Source of the DNA: Candidatus Latescibacterota bacterium
Lineage (GTDB): Bacteria > Latescibacterota > UBA2968
DNA: 64,000 nucleotides
Direction of reading: 5' to 3'
NCBI GenBank assembly: GCA_965208125.1
Contig: OZ242320.1
Span: forward strand, 3,008,001 to 3,072,000
Shown: positions 38,808 through 49,220 of the stretch, piece by piece
How positions within the stretch are numbered: position 1 is the first letter of the stretch
How the letters are laid out: the number at the start of each line of letters is the position of its first letter
The notes under the pieces: generated by a model
Seen by the model: the letters and a program-made list of their open reading frames with translations, nothing else
Databases searched by the model: none
Told to the model about the DNA's origin: nothing
Program-made: the position numbers and the translations under genes

Positions 38808-41696
38808 ATGTTTGTCTATTTGAAATCTTGGGGAAAGCGATTAGTTTTCTCTGTGCTCGTCCTGCTTTTTTATGATGCTGTGGCTTTTGGCGCAGCCCCA
38901 GTTGAGTACGAAAAGGTAGATCATCCCCCGAAGTTGGAAGGCGTGCTGGCTCGGATTCAAAAGAGTTGGGTAGCGCAAAAGCGGGCGTTGGCCAAGGCGA
39001 CGGCGAGACAATATGGTGCAGCAGATATTGATGGCGAAAATATCACAGTCGTATTGGAGCCACGCCAGGGCAGGCTTTCGGAAAGTATTGATTTTAGGGC
39101 GTTGTCCAGTTTGGGCGTTAGAATTGTTGCCCAATCGCGGCATTTGGTTGAGGTGTCTGCACCTATAGCTGCGCTTGAAAGGCTGACACAGGTGAATGGT
39201 GTGCAATTTGTGCGGTTGCCCATAAAGCCAAAATTACATGCTGTGGTCAGCGAGGGTGTAGAACGCATTAAGGCATCAGTTTATTCAAATAGGGGGTTTA
39301 CTGGACGAGGCATAAAAGTGGGGGTCATTGATCTCGGTTTTGTCGGGGTTCCAGCACTGCAAACTCGAGGAGAGTTACCCAATCTGTCTTATCGAGATTT
39401 TACGAGAGAAGGGATTTTTACTGAAACAGTGCATGGATCGGCCTGTGCTGAAATTGTTCACGACCTCGCTCCGGATGCTGAGATTTATCTGTATAAGGTC
39501 GGGAATCTGGTCAGTCTGGAAAACGCTAAGGATGCGGCAATTCAGGAGGGTGTTGACATTGTCACGGTATCTTTGGGAACCCATGCTACTGGTTTTGGCG
39601 ATGGATTGGGTTTTGAGTGCGAAATTGTAGATGATGCTTTTCAGAATAATGTGCTGTGGGTGAATGCTGCGGGGAATGAGGCCCAACGAGTTATATACGC
39701 CCAGTTGCGCGATCCCAATAGCAATGGGTATCACAACTTTGCAGGAGACAATGAAATAGTCAAGTTAAAAAATCGTCAAACGGGAAATACGTTCCTGCAA
39801 AGAGGAGAGGAAGTAGAAGCATGGCTGACATGGAATGAATGGCCTCTTACGTCTCACGACTACGATCTTGTGCTCGTAAAAATTGAAGCAGATGGTAGCA
39901 CTGAGATTGTTGAGCGCGCAGATACCAGACAGCTTCAGTCGCCTCCCAGAGAACATCTCATTTACACGATCCGCGATCCGGGAACTTATGGCTTTGCAGT
40001 TTGGAAAACAGAGGACGCCAAATTTACCGATTTCAAATTGATCAGTAGCAATCATGACCTCGATGGGCCTGTGTCAATTACGGGGTCCGTAGGCACACCG
40101 GGGGACGCCCGGGGTGCGCTGACTGTGGGGGCATTGTATCATCAAAACTGGACGACAGGGCCTATTGATTCGTACAGTTCGCAAGGCCCTACATTTGATG
40201 GGCGAATCAAACCGGATTTGGTTGCACCTGCGGGTGTTTCTACCATAAGCTATAGCCCCGATCCATACTTTGGAACATCGGCGGCAACACCGCATGTCGC
40301 CGGGGCGGCTGCTCTCTTAAAATCTGCCAATCCAGTCCATTATAATGCGCGAAATTTATATGACGCGCTGGTGCAATCTGTGGTCGATATGGGGGTTGCT
40401 GGACAAGATAATGTCTATGGCCATGGGAGGCTGGAGTTGTCTTTGCTTCCCGTTGGCGCACCTGTTATGAATCTTTCGCGTACTGCGCTCGATTTTGGGG
40501 CGGTCTTATTGGGGGCATCCCAAACCCTTAACCTTGGGATTGTCAACACGGGTCAGGCGTCATTGGTTATTACAAATATCCTGTTGCCATCCAGTGATTA
40601 TAGCCTTTCTCAATCTTCTTATGCCGTAGCACCGGGTCGTAGCCAGCAGATTTCTGTCACCTTTTCTCCGCAAAGTGTGGGCGATAAGTCTGGCGATATG
40701 ACCATTTTGAGCAATTTACCGCAGACCACTGTGACACTGCGAGCACAAGGTGTTCAACAACCCGTTGTTCCCATTCCGCAAATATCGATCAATGCTTCTC
40801 AGCGCGATTTTGGCAGCGTTGAGGTCGGCAGTTCAAATTCTATGACAGTGACTATCACAAATTTTGGAGACGCTTCCCTGTCAATTACAGATATTGTTGC
40901 CAGCGATGAACAGGTGGGTGTTACGCCCAGACAATTCGTGATTCCCGCAAAGCAAAACGGCTTTTTTACGCTTCGTTTTGAGCCGAATAGAGCGGGAGAT
41001 TTGTCAGCGCGTGTGACCATTTATAGCAACGATTCTAAAACGCCTGCGGTTAGTTTCCCTGTTGTTGGAAAGGGACTTCAATCTCAAACCACTTCTTTTT
41101 CCTTATCTCTTGTAACAAATGCGCCAGAAAATCAGGGTGTGTATGTCACGCCTTCGGATGGTGTGATTGCTGTGGAAATTCACGGGCAGCAGGTTGTAGA
41201 TGCAATAGGATTTCGCGCTTTGTTTGATTTTGATGCACCATTGTTGGCTTACGAAGGTTTTGATATTGGAGATGGTATTCCAAATGGACATTCGCCAGGG
41301 CCTTATTATCCTTCCTATCCTTCTTCTGTTGAAGTGATGGCAGCGTCATTTGGAGGAAAAATTGCACAGGAGTCGGTGAGGCTCGGCACGATACGTTTTC
41401 GCGTTTCGGATACTTTTCAGACGGGTCAAATACGACTGCGATATGCGCGTATTCGACGGTCTGGACAGTTTGAATCCTTTGCCAATCCCGTGGTCTTAAA
41501 GTTTTCGCAACAGGGGGCACTGCGGGCAGACTTTGATGGCGATGGCTCAGTGGGGATCAGTGATTTTCTCCTTTTCACGTCTCATTTTGGTTACGCGGTT
41601 GGTCACGCAAACTACAATGCGCGATATGATCTGGATGGTGATGGGCAGATTGGTGTTGGAGATTTTTTGATCTTTGTCCAGGATTTTGGGCAGTAA
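38808..41696 (+). CDS. Exported S8 subtilase with two ASH/Ig-like domains, a cohesin-like domain and a dockerin-like domain
   Basis: Triad VIDLG / HGSACA / GTSAATPHVAG; LDFGAV and RDFGSV Ig-like units; DFDGDGSVGISDFLLF...DLDGDGQIGVGDFLIF. Confidence 0.9.
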   Translation: MFVYLKSWGKRLVFSVLVLLFYDAVAFGAAPVEYEKVDHPPKLEGVLARIQKSWVAQKRALAKATARQYGAADIDGENITVVLEPRQGRLSESIDFRALSSLGVRIVAQSRHLVEVSAPIAALERLTQVNGVQFVRLPIKPKLHAVVSEGVERIKASVYSNRGFTGRGIKVGVIDLGFVGVPALQTRGELPNLSYRDFTREGIFTETVHGSACAEIVHDLAPDAEIYLYKVGNLVSLENAKDAAIQEGVDIVTVSLGTHATGFGDGLGFECEIVDDAFQNNVLWVNAAGNEAQRVIYAQLRDPNSNGYHNFAGDNEIVKLKNRQTGNTFLQRGEEVEAWLTWNEWPLTSHDYDLVLVKIEADGSTEIVERADTRQLQSPPREHLIYTIRDPGTYGFAVWKTEDAKFTDFKLISSNHDLDGPVSITGSVGTPGDARGALTVGALYHQNWTTGPIDSYSSQGPTFDGRIKPDLVAPAGVSTISYSPDPYFGTSAATPHVAGAAALLKSANPVHYNARNLYDALVQSVVDMGVAGQDNVYGHGRLELSLLPVGAPVMNLSRTALDFGAVLLGASQTLNLGIVNTGQASLVITNILLPSSDYSLSQSSYAVAPGRSQQISVTFSPQSVGDKSGDMTILSNLPQTTVTLRAQGVQQPVVPIPQISINASQRDFGSVEVGSSNSMTVTITNFGDASLSITDIVASDEQVGVTPRQFVIPAKQNGFFTLRFEPNRAGDLSARVTIYSNDSKTPAVSFPVVGKGLQSQTTSFSLSLVTNAPENQGVYVTPSDGVIAVEIHGQQVVDAIGFRALFDFDAPLLAYEGFDIGDGIPNGHSPGPYYPSYPSSVEVMAASFGGKIAQESVRLGTIRFRVSDTFQTGQIRLRYARIRRSGQFESFANPVVLKFSQQGALRADFDGDGSVGISDFLLFTSHFGYAVGHANYNARYDLDGDGQIGVGDFLIFVQDFGQ

Positions 41697-41716
41697 AGAG
41701 AGGCTCTTTGTAATAT

Positions 41717-41753
41717 AAAAAGGGCTTGCGATTCGATCTCGCAAGCCCTTTTC
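41717..41753. terminator. Bidirectional terminator
   Basis: aaaagggcttgcga...tcgcaagccctttt. Confidence 0.8.
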
Positions 41754-41772
41754 TGCGCCAGGTGTTTATGAG

Positions 41773-41805
41773 CTATACCTGTTGTATAGATGCCAACATC
41801 TCACC
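41773..41805 (-). repeat. Degenerate copy of the 3' end of the 37249-37488 gene
   Basis: agatgccaacatctcacc is identical at 37264-37281 and 41788-41805; translates GEMLASIQQV* versus GEMLASAQQI*. Confidence 0.8.
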
Positions 41806-41844
41806 CGTCTTTTGTGAACCAACGTCTTATTGTTCTAAATAAAA

Positions 41845-42051
41845 TTATCCGACCTTGAACAGAATGAGCGTTCCGAGAGTCAACAAGGTTGTGATTTGAA
41901 TGCCGATAACCCAACGAATATCGGTTCTCAAATCACGCTGGCCTTGCTCAACGCTTGTCAAGCGCGTGTTCATCTGTTCATTAATGCCTTCAATGCGAGA
42001 CAAGCGGGCATCAAACTCTGCCAACTTGTCTTGAGGTGTCGGAATCTGCAT
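41845..42051 (-). CDS. Small coiled-coil protein with a C-terminal TM helix
   Basis: Heptads RLSRIEG..RLTSVEQGQRDLRTD followed by WVIGIQITTLLTLGTLIL. Confidence 0.7.
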   Translation of the reverse strand: MQIPTPQDKLAEFDARLSRIEGINEQMNTRLTSVEQGQRDLRTDIRWVIGIQITTLLTLGTLILFKVG

Positions 42052-42253
42052 TATGGTTTTCTTTTGGGATTTTGGTGGTCAATGTTTGGAGTACGTTATA
42101 GAAATTTTCAGCAAATTCATTTGTTCAGACTATAAGAAATATAGTCACTGATTGGGGGGATTACAAGGATTTTTAGAAATATCCCTTGCTATTTCCTATG
42201 TATAAATTTAAACTCTGCTCCACCATGTCCCCTTTGTGTCTTAGTGTCTTTGT

Positions 42254-44248
42254 GTGATCCCTGCTCCTATGAAAAAATTGTCCCCGAAAAGCACTGTTCT
42301 ATCAAAAGTGACACGCCGATCCCTTGTAATCGGCCTGGTCATGGCGGCATGGGTCAATTTTTGGCCCGTGTACGCGAGTCTGGTGTTGCATTCCACACGC
42401 GCTGATCACGCGCATTTGTCCGTGGCTCTGCTCATTCCGTATTTGTTTTTGCTGGTGGGCAATCTGTTTCTGGGGCAGCGCGGTTTGTCGCCGTCTGAGT
42501 TGCTGGTCGTGTGTTGCATAGGCATAGTGGCTGCGTGTATGCAGGGTGAATGGTTGTCGAACTATTTTCTCGAAGCGCTTACTATGCCGCACTATTTTGC
42601 GTCGGCAGAGAACCGGTGGGGCGAGTTGCTGTTGCCGCATTTGCCGGGGTGGGCTGTGGTAAATGATCGCACGGCTGTGACGCATTTTTATGAGGGACTT
42701 CCGCCCGGGGAGGGGTTTCCGTGGCGTTTGTGGATTGCCCCGCTGTTCTGGTGGGGCACTTTTTTGGGTGCTATACTGGGTGTCAATCTCTGCTTGAGCG
42801 TGATTTTGCGAAGGCAGTGGGTGGCGCACGAGCGGTTGGCTTTTCCCGTGGCGCGTGCGCTTTTGGAACTGACGGGTGTGTCTGGAACGCGCGGCACGCT
42901 TTCCTCTCTGGTGAGGTCGCGTTTTTTTCTGGTGGGGTTTGCGGTCACTTTTCTGATTATTTGCTGGTTTATACTCACCTGGTTTTATGTGGCTGTGCCG
43001 CCACCGCCCATTTTGAGTGGCAATTTTGCGTCTAAATTGTTGCCACTTGCGCGGGGTTTTCCGCCTTTTCAGTTCCGGTTCAGTATTTTGACACTGGTGT
43101 TTGGCTATTTCACGAATCTGGAAGTGCTGTTTTCAATCTGGTTTTTTCATGTGCTGGCTATTGTGCAGGCAGGGGTGTTTAATCGCTTTGGTCTGGAAGT
43201 GGGCAGTGTGGATCCGTGGGGATCTTTTCACGCGGCGGTGGGGTGGCAGAGTTTTGGGGGGATGATCGTTTTTGTGGGCTGGGGCATGTGGATTGCGCGG
43301 TCACATTTGCGGGATGTTTTTCGCAAAGCGTTCTGGGGCGATGAGCGGGTGGATGATACTGGAGAATTGATGTCGTATCGGACCTCTGTGTGGGTGATGC
43401 TGGGCTGTTCTGCATATCTCCTGCTGTGGTTGAAAAGCGCGGGTATGGCCTGGGGCCCCATTCTGGCATTTTATTTTGCCACGCTGGTCTTGTATTTGGG
43501 ATTGGCGCGGATTATGGTGGAGAGCGGGCTTATATTTTTGCGCGGGCCGATCACGGCGCAGGCTTTTACCTGGCATTTGTTCGGCGTTTTGGGCATGGGA
43601 CCGGGCAGTGCAGTGATTTTGACGCTGACCAATGCGTTTGCCTGCGATGCCAAGACGTTTGCGATGACGCCTATGGCGCATGTGCCGAGATTGGGTATGG
43701 CAGTAAATCGCAGGTTGCGCAAAGTGCTCGCGCCAGGTGTGATGCTGGGGGCGTTAATTGGGGCTGCGATGGCGGTGGGATTTATTTTGTATTACGGCTA
43801 TTTTGTCATGGGAAGTTACAATTTTGGAACTGTGAGTTTCAGGGGTATTGGAGCGCTGAATCTGGCGGGGTTTAACCGGCTCGCCGCGGACCGCATTCAA
43901 GCCGGGACAATGGGGACGAGTTGGGATCGCATTGGTTTTTTGGGGATTGGTGCCGCATTTACGGGATTGTTGTTTTTTTTGCGGTATCGATTTCCGGGTT
44001 TTCCGATTCATCCGATTGGGTTTACGATTTCAGCTTCTGCACCGCTTCGCAATACAACACTGACGATTTTTATGGTTTGGGTATTGAAGACGATTGTTTT
44101 GCGGCTTGGTGGATTGGAGCGCTATCGCAGGTTGATACCGCTTTTTTTGGGGATGATGGTCGCTTATATGGCGGGCACGGCAATCGGTGTTGTTGTGGAT
44201 TGGATCTGGTTCCACGGGCAGGGGCATATGATCCATGTCGCGTGGTGA
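42254..44248 (+). CDS. Polytopic membrane protein, DUF6785/DUF6784-like (putative transporter)
   Basis: Many TMs; YFASAENRW, RRQWVAHERLAFP, RYRFPGFPIHPIG, RLGGLERYR. Confidence 0.75.
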   Translation: MIPAPMKKLSPKSTVLSKVTRRSLVIGLVMAAWVNFWPVYASLVLHSTRADHAHLSVALLIPYLFLLVGNLFLGQRGLSPSELLVVCCIGIVAACMQGEWLSNYFLEALTMPHYFASAENRWGELLLPHLPGWAVVNDRTAVTHFYEGLPPGEGFPWRLWIAPLFWWGTFLGAILGVNLCLSVILRRQWVAHERLAFPVARALLELTGVSGTRGTLSSLVRSRFFLVGFAVTFLIICWFILTWFYVAVPPPPILSGNFASKLLPLARGFPPFQFRFSILTLVFGYFTNLEVLFSIWFFHVLAIVQAGVFNRFGLEVGSVDPWGSFHAAVGWQSFGGMIVFVGWGMWIARSHLRDVFRKAFWGDERVDDTGELMSYRTSVWVMLGCSAYLLLWLKSAGMAWGPILAFYFATLVLYLGLARIMVESGLIFLRGPITAQAFTWHLFGVLGMGPGSAVILTLTNAFACDAKTFAMTPMAHVPRLGMAVNRRLRKVLAPGVMLGALIGAAMAVGFILYYGYFVMGSYNFGTVSFRGIGALNLAGFNRLAADRIQAGTMGTSWDRIGFLGIGAAFTGLLFFLRYRFPGFPIHPIGFTISASAPLRNTTLTIFMVWVLKTIVLRLGGLERYRRLIPLFLGMMVAYMAGTAIGVVVDWIWFHGQGHMIHVAW

Positions 44249-44254
44249 GAGGGC

Positions 44255-45214
44255 CTACGTTGCTCTTATTAGCCGATATAAATTGGGGATTGTCTCCCGG
44301 TGGTCGCCCTGAATATAATAGCTTTCGCCGCCGTCTCGTACCGTGCGAACGAGGATGGTTTTGAAGGGGCGGTAGTAGTAGCGGGGGTCGGTTTTGGGGG
44401 CTTCGGTGTCGAGGTCGTCGCCGAGGGGGATGAGGTCGAAGACTGCCGTGGTAAATCTGGCGATGTTGCGACCTTCCTGGCGGGCGACATTGCGGGCCAT
44501 GGCGAGGGCTTTGAGATAGACTTCAGGCCCCATGATGGCCGTGCCGATGTTGAGCAGGACGCCGCCTTCGAGGTGGGAGATGGATTCTGTGAAAATTAAG
44601 AAGTCGGTGTAGGTGCTTGCGCCAATCGCTGCACCGTCGCAGTTGGGGTGTTCGTGCACAATGTCATAACCGATGCTGACGTGTGTGGTGATGGGGATGT
44701 TGAGTCGGACAGCAGCGGCAAAAATGCTGATGTCTTTGTGTGGGTAATTGCTTTCGAGGATGTTGCGCCCAACGGCTTCGCCCAGTCCAATGCCTTTTTG
44801 CGCCGCTGTTTGGGCAATGAGGTTGAGGTCGCCGGTTTCGGTCCACAGTCCAAATTCTCCGGTGCGGATATATCTGCCCACGCTTTCGGTGGTCGCGCCG
44901 ATGCGGGCAAGTTCGTAGTCGTGGATGGCACAGGCTCCATTGCCCGCAATATGGGTGATGAGGCCGCGTTCCATCATGTCGATGAGATAGCGCGCGGCGC
45001 CAGCGCGAATGACGTGTGCGCCAATCATGAAAATGATCGCGCAATTGTTTTGTCTGGCGCGTATAATGCGATCTGCGACAATGGGAAGGTTGGGGTTGTG
45101 AAAAGGGGGTATTGGCGCGTTGAGGTCGGGAATTTGATCGACGGAGAGGTCGTGTTTCCGCTGGTTGAGAGGGCGGAGTTTGAGTTTGGAGCGGTCGAAG
45201 GTTTTGTAGGGCAT
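44255..45214 (-). CDS. Conserved hypothetical protein, deoxyhypusine-synthase-like fold
   Basis: MIGAHVIRAG, NGACAIHD, GLGEAVG, HVSIGYDIVHEHP, NIGTAIMGPEVYLKA. Confidence 0.65.
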   Translation of the reverse strand: MPYKTFDRSKLKLRPLNQRKHDLSVDQIPDLNAPIPPFHNPNLPIVADRIIRARQNNCAIIFMIGAHVIRAGAARYLIDMMERGLITHIAGNGACAIHDYELARIGATTESVGRYIRTGEFGLWTETGDLNLIAQTAAQKGIGLGEAVGRNILESNYPHKDISIFAAAVRLNIPITTHVSIGYDIVHEHPNCDGAAIGASTYTDFLIFTESISHLEGGVLLNIGTAIMGPEVYLKALAMARNVARQEGRNIARFTTAVFDLIPLGDDLDTEAPKTDPRYYYRPFKTILVRTVRDGGESYYIQGDHRETIPNLYRLIRAT

Positions 45215-45224
45215 GTTCTCTGTT

Positions 45225-45947
45225 TTAAATGTATTGATATGCTTTCATCGCGGGATGCAAAAACTCAAAATCATGGACGCCATCATCGGTTTTCCACCTG
45301 CCCACGGAATCGGGGCGCACGATTACTTTGCCCAATGGAAATCCGAGAAATTTTTCTACCCGCGCAAATGTCTCATCCTGATTTGTGATCGCATCCTCAA
45401 ATCGCACGGTGATACAGTGTTTGGGCACGGGTGTAGATTTCATGATTTCATACTGATACAACCAGGAGATTGCCCGTCGCTCGCGTATGTCATCTGTGTG
45501 CGGATATTGAATATCGAAGTCGCGCAGATCATCTGTTTTGTGCCCACTTAAGATGCAGTCGCGGGGATCGCGTACCCAGTGAATGTATTTTGCATCGGGA
45601 AACATGCGCACAATCCACGGATAGACCAGTGTGGTTTCGGGCAATTTCCATCCGTAGTTCTCGTACCGATTTCTGGGGGGAAGCACGTCTTGCAAATAGG
45701 TTTCGACGAGGTGGATAAATTCGGGGTCGATGTCCATGGTGTGCAGGTCATCAAAATCCCACGATAGATCGCCGTTCCATTTTACGTATTTTGCCATTAC
45801 GCGACACGCATCGTACAGCGCCTGGGGAGGCATTTTATCGCCCGATGCATTGATCAAGCGTCCCATGTACATACCGCTGGCATAGAGCGTGTGGGAGATC
45901 AAGCGCGTGCCCGAATGCCCACGTCCGATAACTGTGACTAACGACAA
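45225..45947 (-). CDS. Sulfotransferase-family protein
   Basis: GRGHSGTR (5'-PSB), GWKLP, HWVRDPRDCILS (3'-PB), VRFED. Confidence 0.85.
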   Translation of the reverse strand: MSLVTVIGRGHSGTRLISHTLYASGMYMGRLINASGDKMPPQALYDACRVMAKYVKWNGDLSWDFDDLHTMDIDPEFIHLVETYLQDVLPPRNRYENYGWKLPETTLVYPWIVRMFPDAKYIHWVRDPRDCILSGHKTDDLRDFDIQYPHTDDIRERRAISWLYQYEIMKSTPVPKHCITVRFEDAITNQDETFARVEKFLGFPLGKVIVRPDSVGRWKTDDGVHDFEFLHPAMKAYQYI

Positions 45948-45959
45948 TGTTTTTCCTCC

Positions 45960-46769
45960 TTATAGCTTTTCTTCAAACTCGTTTTTTATGCGAATTTTAT
46001 CGGCTGCATTTCCAAAGCCCAGACTGAACCATCCGTCATATCCCATGGTGTTTAAGCGTTTGAAAAGTGCGTCAAAATCGATTGTTCCTTCTCCCGGTAC
46101 CAGGTGTATTTCACGATCGCCATTGTTATCATTGATGCGTATCTGGCCGATGTTATCTACGCCAAATGCATCGAGAAATCCAGCCCAGCCTTCGGGTACG
46201 AGATGCCCATGCGCGACGTTGAAAGCCCACTTGAAGTGATCGGATTGAATGGCATCAAAAAACCACTGTGTCTCTTCGACATTGTGTGGCAAATAGTGAA
46301 TTTCGGCGTGTTCGGGTTCCAGGTTGTGGTTTTCAAAATAGATCGCGACATCGGTTTTTTCCGCCCGATGTACCAGTCGTTTCATGCGTTCTATGGCAGC
46401 ATCTCGGCGCGAGGCTATATCGCCAAAGTGATAGCCTCCATGGCCGACGATCCAGCCGCATCCCAATTGAACCGCGAGGTCAAAATTGGCGTTTACATAG
46501 ACATCGACGGCCTCGGATAATATCGGTACGTATTCGGCATTGTTAATGGCGGAGGAGGGATGTACGCCGATTTGCACAGCGTGTTTTTCGCACAGGTCTC
46601 GAATGCGTTTTACGCGCGCATTGTCAAAAGAGGCGAGATTATTTGGGGGCATATCGGCCTGAAAGTCGATATAGCGAAATCCATTTTCTGCACCCCACAC
46701 AATGCCCTCTTCAAGGGGTGTGGTTCTGTCCATGTTGTATCCAAATCGTCCGCTCATTATTGTCTCCAT
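45960..46769 (-). CDS. Sugar-phosphate isomerase/epimerase TIM barrel
   Basis: FENH, NVAH, NDNNGDREIHLVPGEGTIDF. Confidence 0.85.
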   Translation of the reverse strand: METIMSGRFGYNMDRTTPLEEGIVWGAENGFRYIDFQADMPPNNLASFDNARVKRIRDLCEKHAVQIGVHPSSAINNAEYVPILSEAVDVYVNANFDLAVQLGCGWIVGHGGYHFGDIASRRDAAIERMKRLVHRAEKTDVAIYFENHNLEPEHAEIHYLPHNVEETQWFFDAIQSDHFKWAFNVAHGHLVPEGWAGFLDAFGVDNIGQIRINDNNGDREIHLVPGEGTIDFDALFKRLNTMGYDGWFSLGFGNAADKIRIKNEFEEKL

Positions 46770-46787
46770 GAAGATGTAAAAAAATCA

Positions 46788-47987
46788 TTACGCAATCAAT
46801 GCCTGGTACACCAGTGTTTTAAATTCAGCGCGAATGCGATAATAATTTGCGGGCATAAATTGCGTGAGCAATAGCCCGACGAGTTCTTCTTCATAATCGA
46901 TCCAGAACGCAGTTGTTGCCGCACCACCCCAACGAAATGTTCCCACACTTCCGGGACCGCCAGCGGCAGCGTCGAGCAAAATCGCGCCTCCCAATCCAAA
47001 ACCTTCCCCCGATAGATTTGTCAGTCCCAGAGAGATGGGCATCAGTTCGTCGGGCAAGTGGTTCATTGTCATCAGTTCGACGGTTTTGCGTCCCAGAAGG
47101 CGTACGCCTTGAAACGCGCCTCCATTGAGCATCATGTGGCAGAAGCGAATATAATCAGAGGCTGTGGAGACCAATCCGCCGCCACCGGAAAAGAATTTTT
47201 GCGGACTGGAAAATTTGCTGGTCGCCGGGTCGTCAATTACTCGAATCCCACCTTCTTGTGCCGGGCCGTAATTTGTTGTAAACCGATGTCCCTGGCCCTC
47301 GCGCACCCAAAATTCCGTGTCTTCCATGCCGAGGGGATCTAAAATTCGCTCTCTGAAAAACGCATTGAGAGGCATGCCAGAGACAACTTCGACAAAATGC
47401 CCGAGTACATCGGTCGATACGCTGTAACGCCAGGCTGTACCCGGTTGATTCGCCAGGGGTAGCTTTGCCAGTGTTTGTACCATTTCTTTTGTCGAATGAT
47501 CTGGCCGATTAATTTTTGCCTGATTATACATTTGTTCGACGGGTGAATTGCCCAAAAAGCCATAGGTCATTCCCGATGTGTGGGTCATCAAATGGCGAAT
47601 TGTGATTTCTCGCTCCAGGTCCTCTGGGGGTACGCCTGTACCGGCGAAGACTTTTACATCATTCAATTCTGGAATATAATTCGATACGGGATCATCCAGT
47701 TGAAAAAGTCCCTCTTCAAAGAGCATCATGGCCGCGACAGTTGTGATCGGTTTGGTCATTGAATAAATCCGAAAGATCGTATCGCGCGTTGTGGGTACTT
47801 TTGTGTCTTGTGTTCCGAAACATGAAAAATGCGCGATTTTGCCCTGCCGACAAACCATCGTTATAATGCTGACGAGTTTGTCTTCGTCGATATAGCGCTG
47901 CATCACGCGATTGATGCGGTGCAGACGCGTAGCCGATAGTCCCACATCTTCTGGTGCAACGGTGGGAAGCCCTGGATCACTGTTCAA
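46788..47987 (-). CDS. Serine hydrolase, beta-lactamase family
   Basis: YSMTK, LMTHTSG, WRYS, GGGGLVST, WGGA. Confidence 0.92.
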   Translation of the reverse strand: MNSDPGLPTVAPEDVGLSATRLHRINRVMQRYIDEDKLVSIITMVCRQGKIAHFSCFGTQDTKVPTTRDTIFRIYSMTKPITTVAAMMLFEEGLFQLDDPVSNYIPELNDVKVFAGTGVPPEDLEREITIRHLMTHTSGMTYGFLGNSPVEQMYNQAKINRPDHSTKEMVQTLAKLPLANQPGTAWRYSVSTDVLGHFVEVVSGMPLNAFFRERILDPLGMEDTEFWVREGQGHRFTTNYGPAQEGGIRVIDDPATSKFSSPQKFFSGGGGLVSTASDYIRFCHMMLNGGAFQGVRLLGRKTVELMTMNHLPDELMPISLGLTNLSGEGFGLGGAILLDAAAGGPGSVGTFRWGGAATTAFWIDYEEELVGLLLTQFMPANYYRIRAEFKTLVYQALIA

Positions 47988-48021
47988 GATTTACTCCTTT
48001 CGCTTAAAGTATGTATCGCTT

Positions 48022-49170
48022 TCAGTTCAGTCCATTTACCAGATCCGGTGGTATAGACGCCACATGAATCTGGGGCTGTCCACTCAGGTCGGATGTGAAC
48101 ACCAGCCATTGCATATCCGGAGAGGCGTAGGCGTGTGGATGCGCTTTTTTGACGAGAATTGAGGTGCGGGCGTCGCATACGACCGCATTTTTTCCCGTCT
48201 GGATGGATCCCAGCAGGAGCTTGCCGGATCCCTGCCAGTCATCGGCAAAAAAGTACTGGCCGCACGGAGATGTCCCCAGGTGATTAAATCGGTACCCGCG
48301 CGAGACGCTCCGGGGCGGTGCCCCGGCTTTTACGCCCAGCAGATTGCCCTTTTCGGGGGTGTAGTCGCCTTCTGCAAAATACCATTCCTCGGGGCTGTGT
48401 AGCCCGCGGGCGTTTGGGGCACGGACTGTGAGCAAGATCTCGTTCGTTCCCGCAATCCACGCCTCGTGTCCCACGATGCTGGGCGTATAAGGTTCCCCTA
48501 CCTGCAACCGCGTCACCTTTCCGCTCGGGATGTCCAGAAGAAATTCTGTGGCACCCTGTTCTCCGAAAATTACCGCCCTGGTACCGTCGGGCAGCACCTT
48601 GCATCCCCGGTTGTGCTGTACCATAATTTGCTTGCCCCAGGTGGGCTCGAACTGGGTGTGGGGGTTGCAAATATCCGGATCGGTGTGGATGAGATCCCGC
48701 GTGCCGGTCTTCAAATCCAGCAGTTCGATCCCGAACATCTGGGGTTCCAGGCTGAGGGTGACGCCATAGGCATAGTAGCGCTCGTCGGGAGACACTGTGT
48801 CCATCCCCCGGTGCTGAAAATCTTCGGGAAATTCAAAAATTACCTCCCATTCGCCCGTGGCGAGATCCACCCGCCGCAGTTCCAGGCATTTCCCCTCTCG
48901 AACATGGCGGTAGTAAAAGATCCCGGTGTGGCTCATCCCCGGTGCCCGCAGTCCCTGCCCCACAACCTCACTCTTCCAGGTCCCGAATTCGCAGGTCACA
49001 TATTCGGTATCGTTCGGGCCGGGTTTCGGATTTTGCCGTTCGTACACAAAAACTCGAGAGTCCGCCGAACAGTAGGGCTGTTCGCAGTAAATATTAGATT
49101 TTTCGAGTGGGTCGTCGGTGATCTGATAGACGACAGTGCCACTTGTATCTTCCTCAAGTATTCTGGCCAT
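48022..49170 (-). CDS. Oligogalacturonate-lyase-like beta-propeller
   Basis: VYQIT..NIY, HTQFEP, GHEAW, HPHAYASPDMQWLVFTSD. Confidence 0.7.
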   Translation of the reverse strand: MARILEEDTSGTVVYQITDDPLEKSNIYCEQPYCSADSRVFVYERQNPKPGPNDTEYVTCEFGTWKSEVVGQGLRAPGMSHTGIFYYRHVREGKCLELRRVDLATGEWEVIFEFPEDFQHRGMDTVSPDERYYAYGVTLSLEPQMFGIELLDLKTGTRDLIHTDPDICNPHTQFEPTWGKQIMVQHNRGCKVLPDGTRAVIFGEQGATEFLLDIPSGKVTRLQVGEPYTPSIVGHEAWIAGTNEILLTVRAPNARGLHSPEEWYFAEGDYTPEKGNLLGVKAGAPPRSVSRGYRFNHLGTSPCGQYFFADDWQGSGKLLLGSIQTGKNAVVCDARTSILVKKAHPHAYASPDMQWLVFTSDLSGQPQIHVASIPPDLVNGLN

Positions 49171-49220
49171 AGCTGGTTTCCTTTTCTATCGTCCTCCTGG
49201 TTCTGGTGGCCAATGTCCTG

